From NCBI GenBank assembly GCA_035463475.1, contig DATHTE010000003.1:6670-70669 (forward strand): 64,000 bases of DNA, read 5' to 3'. The stretch is from Vicinamibacterales bacterium (GTDB lineage: Bacteria; Acidobacteriota; Vicinamibacteria; Vicinamibacterales; 2-12-FULL-66-21). The notes below the pieces were generated by a model that was given only the letters and a program-made list of their open reading frames with translations, did no database searches and was not told the DNA's origin. The position numbers were made by a program, and so were the translations under genes. Positions 46,445 through 55,452 of this stretch are shown here, one piece after another (position 1 is the stretch's first letter; every line of letters starts with the position of its first letter).

Positions 46445-47344
46445 CTAGGGAAGCAGACCGGCTTGGCGCAGCGCGTCACGAAGTTCCTGCTTCGCGGCGT
46501 CTCCCAATGGACGGAAAGGCGGCCGTACGGGACCGGAAGGGAGGCCGACGAGTTCGAGCGCGGCCTTGGTAGCTGCCGGCTGCCCGTACTTCCGGCAAAA
46601 GTCGCGGATTGGCTGCCAGCGATAGAAGCGGCTCCGGGCCGACTCCCACTCGCCTGCCTGGATTTCCGCGTAAAGGGACACATACTCGGCGGTCATGAAG
46701 TTCGAGAGCGTGGAGGTACACCCGGGCATTCCGAGCGCCATCGCGCCGAGAATGGTTCCATCGGAGCCACACATGACGGCGATCTTGTCACCGGCGGCGG
46801 CAAGCGTCCGCACCTGAGCGTGGATATCCGTGGCGCCCTGCTTCACCGCGACAATGCGCTCGAGGTCTGCCAGTTCGCCGATCTGCTCGGGACTGAGATG
46901 CACACCGATGCTGGTGCTGTTGTAAATCATCACCGGAACATCGACCGCCTCGCAGAGCGTCTCGAAGTGATGCCGGATGTCCTCTGGCTCGACTTCGGCG
47001 ACGTACGGTGGTGTGACCATCACCATATCGGCGCCGGCGCGCCTGGCCGCCTCGCTCAGCGCCACGGCCTCCAGAGTTCCGCTCGCGGCCGTACAACACA
47101 CGAGCGGCACGCGCCCCGCCACGACGTTTGCGGCGGCGGCAAAGAGCTGGCGGCGTTCGGATTCTGTGAGGCTCGGATACTCCGCGTAGGTGCCGCCGAC
47201 GATGATCCCGTGTGAACCCGCATCAATAAAGTGATCGATGTTTCGCCGCAGCGAGACGAGGTCGACAGACAGGTCTCCGGACATCGGCGTAACCGCCAGA
47301 ACGTAAATTCCTCGGATCTGCTGGCTCCTTCGTTTCATCGTCAT
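46445..47344 (-). CDS. DapA/NAL-family class I aldolase (probably not true DHDPS)
   Basis: Schiff-base Lys (VAVKQ) and Tyr (MIYN) are present; the substrate loop reads GTYAE rather than the GTTGE of DHDPS. Confidence 0.85.
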   Translation of the reverse strand: MTMKRRSQQIRGIYVLAVTPMSGDLSVDLVSLRRNIDHFIDAGSHGIIVGGTYAEYPSLTESERRQLFAAAANVVAGRVPLVCCTAASGTLEAVALSEAARRAGADMVMVTPPYVAEVEPEDIRHHFETLCEAVDVPVMIYNSTSIGVHLSPEQIGELADLERIVAVKQGATDIHAQVRTLAAAGDKIAVMCGSDGTILGAMALGMPGCTSTLSNFMTAEYVSLYAEIQAGEWESARSRFYRWQPIRDFCRKYGQPAATKAALELVGLPSGPVRPPFRPLGDAAKQELRDALRQAGLLP

Positions 47345-47398
47345 CTGACGCTCGGTGTCGCGCGTGGCCGCTCCTCTCCGGGAATGTCGAGGCGCGGC

Positions 47399-48097
47399 TC
47401 AGAGGTATTGGGAAAGTACGTTGACCCGGTATGACGCCGCGATCTTCCGGTTTAGGACCGGGTCGTCGAGTTCCAGGTCGTATGCCTCCCCAAAGACGAG
47501 CCCCGACCGGGTGGCAATGGTGCCCGAAAACAGCACCACGCCCAGCCGAGGAGGCCACGTCACGTCCGGAAGGGCGCAGAGCAGCTCCCGCGGCGACAGA
47601 AGCCCGCCGAGCGCTCCTTCCTGATACAGCGATCTCGTGCCGTTCTCGCTCGTCCAGCAACGGAGTACCAGCTCGTCCCAGTGATCCGCCACCTCGCGGT
47701 AGGGCCAGCACGACGCCGCGATGAACTTGCCGCACATCTGCTTGGAGGCCGGAATGGACTTCGTTTCGACGTCACGATCTGTTTGATCGCTGCCGACCGT
47801 CACCCAGATGTCGTCGCCGCGGCACAGCAGCACGCACTCCACCTCGCCCGAGGACTTGTCGCTCACGACCGTCATCTCGCGGTCTGTCGTAAGCAGGTAG
47901 GGGGAGAAGTTCATGAACGTCGGGACTCGCGTTGGACGTGGCACGCCAAGCTGAGCGAGCTCTTCGATGTGTGCCTCCACGGCGTCCCGGTTGCGCCCTG
48001 CCCAGCCACAGCACATCAGGCGACCCGCCTCGAAGGTGAGTCGGCGCGATTCGCCCTTCGCGTTCACCGTGAGGGCGAGCGATTTCACTCCAATCAT
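47399..48097 (-). CDS. DUF2848 family protein (FAH-like fold)
   Basis: GWAGRN..V..HIEEL..LGVP.P, SSGEVE, VGSDQTDR..E, SKQMC. Confidence 0.82.
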   Translation of the reverse strand: MIGVKSLALTVNAKGESRRLTFEAGRLMCCGWAGRNRDAVEAHIEELAQLGVPRPTRVPTFMNFSPYLLTTDREMTVVSDKSSGEVECVLLCRGDDIWVTVGSDQTDRDVETKSIPASKQMCGKFIAASCWPYREVADHWDELVLRCWTSENGTRSLYQEGALGGLLSPRELLCALPDVTWPPRLGVVLFSGTIATRSGLVFGEAYDLELDDPVLNRKIAASYRVNVLSQYL

Positions 48098-49542
48098 GAC
48101 TCCTCCGATTCGATAGCCGATTGCCCTGAGGACGTCAGCGTCGGACGCTTGACCAACCTCAAGTCACGTTCGAACGCGTCGCCGATCCGCAGGACCATCG
48201 CCTCGTCGAACGGACGTCCAGCGATTTGCAGACCAATGGGCAAACCTGCTGCTGAGTAACCGCAGCAGACGGATAGGCAAGGCATGCCCGTCAGGTTGTA
48301 GATCCGAGTGAAACGGGTCAGCGCGGCAGGTACCGGCTCCGCCCGGCCGTCCACCAGCACGGTGGTGTCGTCAATCAGCGGAGCCGTGACTGGCAGTTGC
48401 GGCGTGATCAGGGCGTCTACGGCCCGGAACGCCCGGGCAAAGGCGCCCTGCACCTTCCGTCTGATCCTGAGGGCTTTCAGGTAGTCCGCCGCGGAAACAT
48501 TCGCGGCAGCGTCCAGCCGTGCGCGGACGTCCGTGCCGAGCGCCTCGGAACGCGTGCGGTGCCATTTCTCGAGAGAGCCCGCCGCTTCTGCGAACAGGAT
48601 AATGGACGCGGCACGCGCGGCGTCCGGAAGGAGATCGAGCGAAATCGGCGACACGCTGGCACCCAGCTGTTTGAGCCGGGCGAGCGCCTGATCGATCGAT
48701 GAGCGGACCTCAGGGTACAGGCCGTCGAAATAGAACTGATCGGGAACGCCCAGCCTGACGCCCTCCAGATCTCCCTCGAGAGCACGCGTGTAGTCCGGTA
48801 CCGGCACTCTAGCGCTCGACGGATCCCGCCGGTCGGGCCCGGCGAGTAACTGCATCGCAAGCGCGAGGTCTCGGACGCTGCCCGCAATCGGCCCCACGTG
48901 GTCCATCGACCACGCCAAAGGATAGGCGCCGAAACGGCTGACGCGCCCATACGTGGGTTTGAGGCCACAGACACCGCAAAGCGACGCGGGGATCCTGACC
49001 GAGCCGCCCGTATCCGTTCCCAGTGTCAGGAACGCGAACGAGCAGGCTATGGCTGCTGCCGAGCCGCCGCTCGAGCCGCCCGTCATCCGGGAAGGGTCCC
49101 ACGGATTCCGCACTGCGCCGTAGTGCGGGTTCACCGAGGTCGCGCCGAACGCAAACTCGTGCATGTTCAATTTGCCGAGCAGGATTCCGCCGGCCCGATC
49201 CAGACGGTCAACTACCGCCGCGTTGTATGAGGGCACGAACGCGTTCAGGACTTTCGACCCGCATGTCGTCCGTATTCCCCTGGTCAGGAACAGGTCTTTG
49301 ACGGCGTACGGCACCCCGTGCAGTGGCCCCGCGTATCGCCCCTTCAGAATCTGCGATTCGGCCTTCGAGGCCGCAGCAAGCGCTGGTTTGACCAGAGTTG
49401 TGATGAACGCGTTGATGCGGCCGTCGTGCTCTTCGACCCGTTCAAGGCAGGCGCGGGTGATCTCGACCGGCGACGCCTGTTTCGTGCGGAGCGCGTCCGA
49501 CAGCGACGAGAGCGTCCAGGTGTGGAGGTTTGTGGCGCTCAC
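48094..49542 (-). CDS. Amidase signature family enzyme (AtzE/GatA-like), cytoplasmic
   Basis: AVKDLF, GKLNMHEFA, GGSSGGS, GTDTGGSVRIPAS (Ser-cisSer-Lys triad); 4-bp overlaps with both neighbours. Confidence 0.92.
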   Translation of the reverse strand: MSATNLHTWTLSSLSDALRTKQASPVEITRACLERVEEHDGRINAFITTLVKPALAAASKAESQILKGRYAGPLHGVPYAVKDLFLTRGIRTTCGSKVLNAFVPSYNAAVVDRLDRAGGILLGKLNMHEFAFGATSVNPHYGAVRNPWDPSRMTGGSSGGSAAAIACSFAFLTLGTDTGGSVRIPASLCGVCGLKPTYGRVSRFGAYPLAWSMDHVGPIAGSVRDLALAMQLLAGPDRRDPSSARVPVPDYTRALEGDLEGVRLGVPDQFYFDGLYPEVRSSIDQALARLKQLGASVSPISLDLLPDAARAASIILFAEAAGSLEKWHRTRSEALGTDVRARLDAAANVSAADYLKALRIRRKVQGAFARAFRAVDALITPQLPVTAPLIDDTTVLVDGRAEPVPAALTRFTRIYNLTGMPCLSVCCGYSAAGLPIGLQIAGRPFDEAMVLRIGDAFERDLRLVKRPTLTSSGQSAIESEES

Positions 49543-49751
49543 GTATCTGACTCGTCGGGAAAGAAGATGTTTGCGGGCTCGAGTTCCAGTGGATCCAGCA
49601 TGCCGAGCCGGTCGGCTTGTTCTTTCAGGGTTTCCGCCGGCACTGGACGGAGCGCGGCAGGTGCAGGCCGCGCCGGCGACCTGGCAAGAGACCGGGAGGC
49701 CTTTCTCCTGCGCCGCGAAACCGTTCTCGTGCGTGTTCGTTTCTTCGGCAT
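49539..49751 (-). CDS. Small putative amidase partner subunit (AtzG/GatC-like C-terminus)
   Basis: Ends LDPLELEPANIFFP (EPAxxF motif); its stop overlaps the amidase GTG; very basic N-terminus. Confidence 0.6.
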   Translation of the reverse strand: MPKKRTRTRTVSRRRRKASRSLARSPARPAPAALRPVPAETLKEQADRLGMLDPLELEPANIFFPDESDT

Positions 49752-49793
49752 CGCTGTCTGGCCGTTCGAGGAACAGCCGGGGGTTGAAGCCAG

Positions 49794-51155
49794 TTACGTG
49801 GTGCCCTCCGTCCGCGCGTGGCCGAGTGCCCCGACCCGGCCCCGACGCGGGGTGGACAGCAGGATCAGGATCGCGGCGACCGCTTCGATTCCGGCAACCA
49901 CATAAAGTCCTGCCGCGGTCTTCCCGGTGACGTCCATCAGCCAGCCGACAACGAACGGGCCAAGCCAGCCGGAAAGGTTACCGATAGAGTTGATGAGCGC
50001 GATGCCGCCTGCGGCAGCCGTACCTGCAAGCAGCATCGTCGGGATCTGCCAGAACGGCGCGAAGGCGCTCAGCACGGCGGCCTGGGCGAGAACGAGCGCA
50101 GCAAAGGCCAACGGTGGCGTATTCGCAAATACGCCAATCAGCACCAGGCCTACGGCCGCGGCCAGGCAGGGGAGCGCCGTATGGTAGCGCCGCTCCAGCA
50201 GACGGTCTGAGCTCCGTCCGACGATCACGAGCGCGATCATCGCGACGATGTACGGCACGGCCGAGAGCAGCCCGATCACCGCGTTGCTCTGCACCCCGAT
50301 ACCTCTGATAATCGTCGGGCTCCAGAACCCGAGCGTCGGATTAGCGCTCACAAGGCAGAAGTAAATCAAGGCCAGGAGCCACACGCGTGGGATCCGCAGC
50401 GCCGCGCCGAATCCATGCTGCCTCCGACCGGCTCGGCGCTTATCAGCATCCAGATCGGTGAGAACGAGCTGCTTCTCGCCAGGCGTCAGCCACCGGGCTT
50501 GAGCGGGCGTGTCATCGATGAGCACGAACGTCAGGAGCCCGAAGACGACAGAAGGTATGCCCTCGATCACAAAGAGCCACTGCCAGTTCGCCAGGCCAGC
50601 GTAGCCCCCCATCGCGCTCATCACCCAGCCAGAGATGGGGCCACCCGTCATCCCGGCAATCGGAACGGCCGTCATGAAGAAACTCGTCATGCCCGCGCGG
50701 CGGCTGGCGGGGAACCAGTACGTCAGATACAGGAGCACGCCAGGGTAGAGGCCTGCTTCAAAGGCACCGAGCAGGAAACGCAGCACGTAGAACTGCGTCG
50801 AAGTCTTCACGAACATCATGGCGATGCTCGTCACGCCCCACAGCAACGCGATTCGCGCAAGAGTCTTGCGTGCGCCGATCTTCTCCAGCAGGAGGTTGCT
50901 CGGGATTTCGAACAAAAGGTACCCGAGGTAGAAAATGCCAGCTCCGAACCCGTACACTGCCTCGCTGAAACCGAGGTCGTCCAGCATCTGTAGCTTGGCG
51001 AACCCGACGTTCACGCGGTCGAGCCACGCCATCACGAACAGGAGGCTGAGGAATGGGATAATCCGCTTGCCAATCTTCCGGTAGACCGCATCCGCCTCAC
51101 CGGCCGACGTCGCGCTGAGCGTCGCTCCGGCCAGTTGTTCGACGGGCTGCTGCAT
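49794..51155 (-). CDS. MFS transporter, anion:cation symporter (TtuB/NicT-like)
   Basis: RIIPFL, LDRVNVGFA, FYLGYLLFEIPSN, GAFEAGLYPG, WQWLFVIEGIP, INSIGNLSG. Confidence 0.9.
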   Translation of the reverse strand: MQQPVEQLAGATLSATSAGEADAVYRKIGKRIIPFLSLLFVMAWLDRVNVGFAKLQMLDDLGFSEAVYGFGAGIFYLGYLLFEIPSNLLLEKIGARKTLARIALLWGVTSIAMMFVKTSTQFYVLRFLLGAFEAGLYPGVLLYLTYWFPASRRAGMTSFFMTAVPIAGMTGGPISGWVMSAMGGYAGLANWQWLFVIEGIPSVVFGLLTFVLIDDTPAQARWLTPGEKQLVLTDLDADKRRAGRRQHGFGAALRIPRVWLLALIYFCLVSANPTLGFWSPTIIRGIGVQSNAVIGLLSAVPYIVAMIALVIVGRSSDRLLERRYHTALPCLAAAVGLVLIGVFANTPPLAFAALVLAQAAVLSAFAPFWQIPTMLLAGTAAAGGIALINSIGNLSGWLGPFVVGWLMDVTGKTAAGLYVVAGIEAVAAILILLSTPRRGRVGALGHARTEGTT

Positions 51156-51164
51156 GGATTCTCC

Positions 51165-52094
51165 TTAGGCGCTGGCGTCAACCGCGGCGTCCGGCAGCGG
51201 CACTCTGTCCGCTCTCGCGGACCACAGCATCGTCACCGCCGTGTAGATGACGACCACGACGACGAGCCACCGCAGCCAGTACAACGGGAGTTCCCTGACG
51301 ACATAGGCGGCCAGCAGCACTCCGGGAACGCCGCCAATGGCCAGACCGCGCGCGACGCGCAAACTGTAGCTGCGCTCCCGGATGAATCGCATACTGGCTA
51401 CCGCCATCACGAAGGCGCCGGACCCCGTCATGATGGGAAATGCGGCTCTGGGACTCATGCCAAGCAGGCTGACGAGAATCAACGAAGGTGCATACAGCCC
51501 GATGCCCAGCGTTTGGAGGGAGCCGAAGACGAAGCTGCCGCTCACCGCGATCGCCAGCCGGAGGCCGCGAACGCCGAGCGCCTCTCCACCCGCGGGAAAG
51601 AGACGCAGCTGCGTCATGAACATCACCGTGGCCGCGACGAGCAGACCCACGCCGATCCCGATCTGAATGCGGCGGCGCGGCCAGTGGGCCACCACCCCTG
51701 CGCCGAGCCACGCGCCGATGGCGGACGCGCCGATCATCCCGTACAACGTCAGCGTGTCCACTTCGATGATTGACGTGTAAATAAACGCCTGGGCGATGGT
51801 CGGCAGCGCATGTCCGACGTTGAGAGTGCCCGGAATGATGCGGTCCGGGACCATCTGCTTCAGTTTGAAAACGGCCGTCGTCGGCGCGAAGGAGCCGATG
51901 CCGAGTGCGTCGAAGAAATTGGTGACCGCACCCAGACAGAGCTGGAACCAGCCTGGAGCGCGGGCGTCGAGGATGCCGGAGGGATCGGCCGTCCCGTGCC
52001 GCGCCGCGGTGACGGCCCTCGTCCAAACGGCGAGATAGGCGGCGGTTGTGGCGCCCAACAGCCAGAGCAGAGCAGTAATTGGACTCACGTTCAC
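51165..52094 (-). CDS. TSUP (TauE/SafE) family membrane protein
   Basis: Highly hydrophobic; TNFFDALGIGSFAPT, PGTLNVGH, LGMSP..AFPIMTGS. Confidence 0.78.
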   Translation of the reverse strand: MNVSPITALLWLLGATTAAYLAVWTRAVTAARHGTADPSGILDARAPGWFQLCLGAVTNFFDALGIGSFAPTTAVFKLKQMVPDRIIPGTLNVGHALPTIAQAFIYTSIIEVDTLTLYGMIGASAIGAWLGAGVVAHWPRRRIQIGIGVGLLVAATVMFMTQLRLFPAGGEALGVRGLRLAIAVSGSFVFGSLQTLGIGLYAPSLILVSLLGMSPRAAFPIMTGSGAFVMAVASMRFIRERSYSLRVARGLAIGGVPGVLLAAYVVRELPLYWLRWLVVVVVIYTAVTMLWSARADRVPLPDAAVDASA

Positions 52095-52119
52095 AGCGAC
52101 GCTTTGTTCGAGGCAGCCG

Positions 52120-55100
52120 TTAGTCTCGTGAATCTGCGGGCGACGGCCCCGACTTCAGGAACTCCGACACCTCTGTGGCTATGAGCCCCTTCAGCTCCGT
52201 TTCGTAGCCCGCCAGGCGAGCCGACAACTCGTTGAACACCGTGTGTGTCCACCGTGTCGGCGCGCCGTCGGCGCTGCCGATGATTGTCGTCAACGTCGCA
52301 AACTGCTGATGCAGCCCCTTGGGCGGCAGGAGCATCGGATTCGCACCGACGGTTCTGGTCAGGCCCCCTTCTATCGAGGCGAGCCTGGCCTTGAGACGGT
52401 CGGCCGCCTCCTTTCGCGCGCCGTTGGCGCCTGCTCCGCGTTCGTCGACCTGCTTTCTGATCTCGCGAAGGCGATTGACGATATCGGTCGTCTCGGACAC
52501 TTTGTCACGGGCGGCCATCCACAGCGTGAACTGGGCGGCAAGGTCCGACTCGCTCCACGCAACTCGCGGGTCTTTCCGGATTTCGAAAGGCTCCTCCATC
52601 GTCCGCCCGGCAGCCTCCAACTGCACGACGTAAGTGCCGGGTGCCGCCGCGGGCGGCGCGGGTCGTGGCCACTCCATCCCGGACAGGGCGGCGCCTGGTG
52701 AAAGCTCGCGGGCATTCGGGTACCGCATGTCCCACACGAAACGATTGGTCCCCACCACCGCGGACACGACCGGTTCGCCCGGATTTGTCGAAGAGCCGCG
52801 ACTAGAGAAGCGTCTGATCACGTTGTCTGCCTGATCTCGAATCGTGATGGTGACGTCACCGGCTGGCTTCTCGCGCAGGAAGTACGTCACGACGACGCCG
52901 TTCGGGGGGTTGCGGCCAGCATTGAGGGGCAGCCGGGTCACCTCGCCGTTTGGGCCTTCCACGTGCTTGTACGCGACCTCGCCACCATAAGAAATGACGT
53001 CGCTGGGAACGGCACCGCCCGCGCCGCGCCTGCCCAAACTCGCGCCGAGGAGCCGATAAGTGGGAGGCACCTGGAACAGGTGCATCGCGGAGCGCGCGAC
53101 GGCGTCAGTCAGGTAACGAAGCGGCGTCACGTCGTCGAGGATCCACAGGCCCCGCGAGTGCGTTCCGATCACGAGGTCGTTGTCCTTGACGAGAAGGTCA
53201 TGCACCGCCACGCCAGGCAGGTTGCGCTGCAATGAGTGCCAGGATTCCCCGGCGTTGAACGAGACGTAGACGCCTCGCTCGGTGCCCAGATAGAGAAGGC
53301 CCGCACGTACGGGATCTTCTCGTATCACGCGCGCGAAGTCGTCCGGCCCGATTGCAGCCGTGATGCTCTTCCACGTCTTCCCGTAGTCAGTCGTCATGTA
53401 GACGTACGGCCGTTGGTCGTCCAGTTGATGGCGATTGGCGGCGAAGTAAGCCGTAGCCGGATCGTGACGGGATAGTTCGATTGTGTTGATCTTCAGCCAC
53501 TTCGGCCAATCCTTCGACGAGATGTCGTTCCAGCTCCTCCCGCCATCTCTCGACAGGTGCATGGCGCTGTCGTCACTGCCGGCCCAGAGTTCGCCACGCC
53601 TGAGCGGCGACTCGGCGAGAGCAAACACGACGTTCGTAAAGGTCTGCGCGAAACCGAGCGAGGTGATCGGGCCGCCGCTTACCGCTTGCAGGACACTCGT
53701 GTCATTGCGCGTCAGATCGGGGCTGATGATCTCCCAGCTTTGTCCCAGATCCCGCGAGCGAAAGACGTAGTTCCCCGCCGCATAGAGCAGATCCGGGTCA
53801 TGCGGCGAGAAGAACAGCGGGAACGTCCAGTTGAAGCGAAACTTCTTGTCTTTCTGCGGATGCGAGCTGTACGTGTCTTCTGGCCAGATGTTGATGACGC
53901 GGCCGCCTGCGAGCCCGGTGCGGCCATCGTATCTCTTCATCTGACCCTCGCCACCCGGGCCGCTGCCGTAGGCTCCGGCCAGTACGACCTTCGGGTCGTC
54001 CGGTTTGACGGCAATGTGGCCGCTCTCCGCGCCGCCGGTCGGATAGGTGTCGTGGAACGTGATTGCCGGACCGCTAGTGCGGCTCGGAACACTCACCGCC
54101 GAGCTGTCCTGCTGGGTCGCATACACACGATAGGGAAATTGATTGTCCACCGCGATGCGATAGACCGCGGACGAGATCTGATTGAACTGTCCGGACCAAG
54201 AGTTGCCGCCATTAAGGGTGACGGTCGCGCCGCCGTCGTTCCCTTCGATCATCCGGTCGGGGTTGTTCGGATCGATCCACATGGCGTGATTGTCACCGTG
54301 GGTCGTAGGCCAGGTACGAAACGTCTTCCCGCCGTCCGTCGACTTCCAGGCTTCGTAGGAGAGGATGTACAAGATCTCCGGGTTCTTCGGATGCGGGTAG
54401 ACGTGCATGTAGGAAGAGGGGCTCCGCCGAAGGTCGCGCTGGCGGCTGATCGCTTGCCACGTCGCTCCACTGTCGTCCGACCGGAAGAGTCCGCCATCCT
54501 CTGCTTCAACAAGTGCCCACACTCGGCTCGGCTTCGCCGGCGACATCGCGACGCCGATTCGACCTTTGATCCCTGTAGGGAATCCAGGCCGCTTGCTGAG
54601 ATCGGTCCATGTGTCACCGCCGTCGACTGATTTGTAAAGCCCGCTATCCGGCCCACCGCTTATTTCGTCCCATGGCTGGCGGACAAACTGGTAAATGGCG
54701 GCGTACAGCACGCGAGGGTCGCCGCGATCCATCGACAGGTCGATCGCGCCCGCGCGCTCGCTCTTGAACAGCACGCGCTGCCATGTCTTCCCGCCATCCT
54801 TCGAGCGGTAGACGCCGCGCTCGGGATTTGGCCCGAAGGCATGCCCGAACGCGGCGACGTAAACGAGGTTGGGGTTGCTCGGGTGAATCCGAACTTGCGC
54901 GATGTGACGGGTCTCCTCGAGCCCCACATGCGCCCAGGTCTTCCCACCATTGGTGGACTTGTAGACACCGTCACCGGAGGCCATGTCCGGTCTCATGCAA
55001 GTGTCGCCCATGCCGGCGTAGACGACATTCGGATCCGACTCCGCCACCGCGACGGCGCCCACCGGACCGGTCTTGAAGTACCCGTCAGAGACGGGCTCCC

Positions 55101-55407
55101 AATACAGGCCCGCATCGACTGACTTGAACACGCCACCGCCGTTGGCGCCGTAATAGAAGACCAGCGGATTCCGAGGGTCGCCGGCAACCGCGGAAACGCG
55201 GTTGCCTTTCGCAGGACCGATGAAGCGCCACTCAAGCGCGCGCAGGTAGTCTCCAGGAACCGCGTTCGCGTAGCCCGCCTGCCGCCTTGCATCCACCGCG
55301 CTTGCCGCCGAAAGACCAGTGGTCCGCGTCGTCCGGTCAGCGAGGACAGCGGTACCTACGAGCATGCAGACGGCAGCTGCGATTCCGCTCACGTGTCTAC
55401 GCGACAT
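52120..55407 (-). CDS. Secreted VPS10/BNR repeat protein 2
   Basis: WRFIGPAKGNRV, multiple SxDxGxTW repeats, GTHSRG, same architecture as 14966..18259. Confidence 0.9.
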   Translation of the reverse strand: MSRRHVSGIAAAVCMLVGTAVLADRTTRTTGLSAASAVDARRQAGYANAVPGDYLRALEWRFIGPAKGNRVSAVAGDPRNPLVFYYGANGGGVFKSVDAGLYWEPVSDGYFKTGPVGAVAVAESDPNVVYAGMGDTCMRPDMASGDGVYKSTNGGKTWAHVGLEETRHIAQVRIHPSNPNLVYVAAFGHAFGPNPERGVYRSKDGGKTWQRVLFKSERAGAIDLSMDRGDPRVLYAAIYQFVRQPWDEISGGPDSGLYKSVDGGDTWTDLSKRPGFPTGIKGRIGVAMSPAKPSRVWALVEAEDGGLFRSDDSGATWQAISRQRDLRRSPSSYMHVYPHPKNPEILYILSYEAWKSTDGGKTFRTWPTTHGDNHAMWIDPNNPDRMIEGNDGGATVTLNGGNSWSGQFNQISSAVYRIAVDNQFPYRVYATQQDSSAVSVPSRTSGPAITFHDTYPTGGAESGHIAVKPDDPKVVLAGAYGSGPGGEGQMKRYDGRTGLAGGRVINIWPEDTYSSHPQKDKKFRFNWTFPLFFSPHDPDLLYAAGNYVFRSRDLGQSWEIISPDLTRNDTSVLQAVSGGPITSLGFAQTFTNVVFALAESPLRRGELWAGSDDSAMHLSRDGGRSWNDISSKDWPKWLKINTIELSRHDPATAYFAANRHQLDDQRPYVYMTTDYGKTWKSITAAIGPDDFARVIREDPVRAGLLYLGTERGVYVSFNAGESWHSLQRNLPGVAVHDLLVKDNDLVIGTHSRGLWILDDVTPLRYLTDAVARSAMHLFQVPPTYRLLGASLGRRGAGGAVPSDVISYGGEVAYKHVEGPNGEVTRLPLNAGRNPPNGVVVTYFLREKPAGDVTITIRDQADNVIRRFSSRGSSTNPGEPVVSAVVGTNRFVWDMRYPNARELSPGAALSGMEWPRPAPPAAAPGTYVVQLEAAGRTMEEPFEIRKDPRVAWSESDLAAQFTLWMAARDKVSETTDIVNRLREIRKQVDERGAGANGARKEAADRLKARLASIEGGLTRTVGANPMLLPPKGLHQQFATLTTIIGSADGAPTRWTHTVFNELSARLAGYETELKGLIATEVSEFLKSGPSPADSRD

Positions 55408-55452
55408 TCAACAGCTCCTTCATCACGCCGGTTCAAATACGCCGTGGCCCGA

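Noticed and set aside
27990-47344. A Bacillus-like dapG-asd-dapA (lysine/dipicolinate) operon
   Set aside because: The DapA-like gene is 10 kb away in a different, lower-GC operon and lacks the DHDPS loop; no dapB or spoVF is present.
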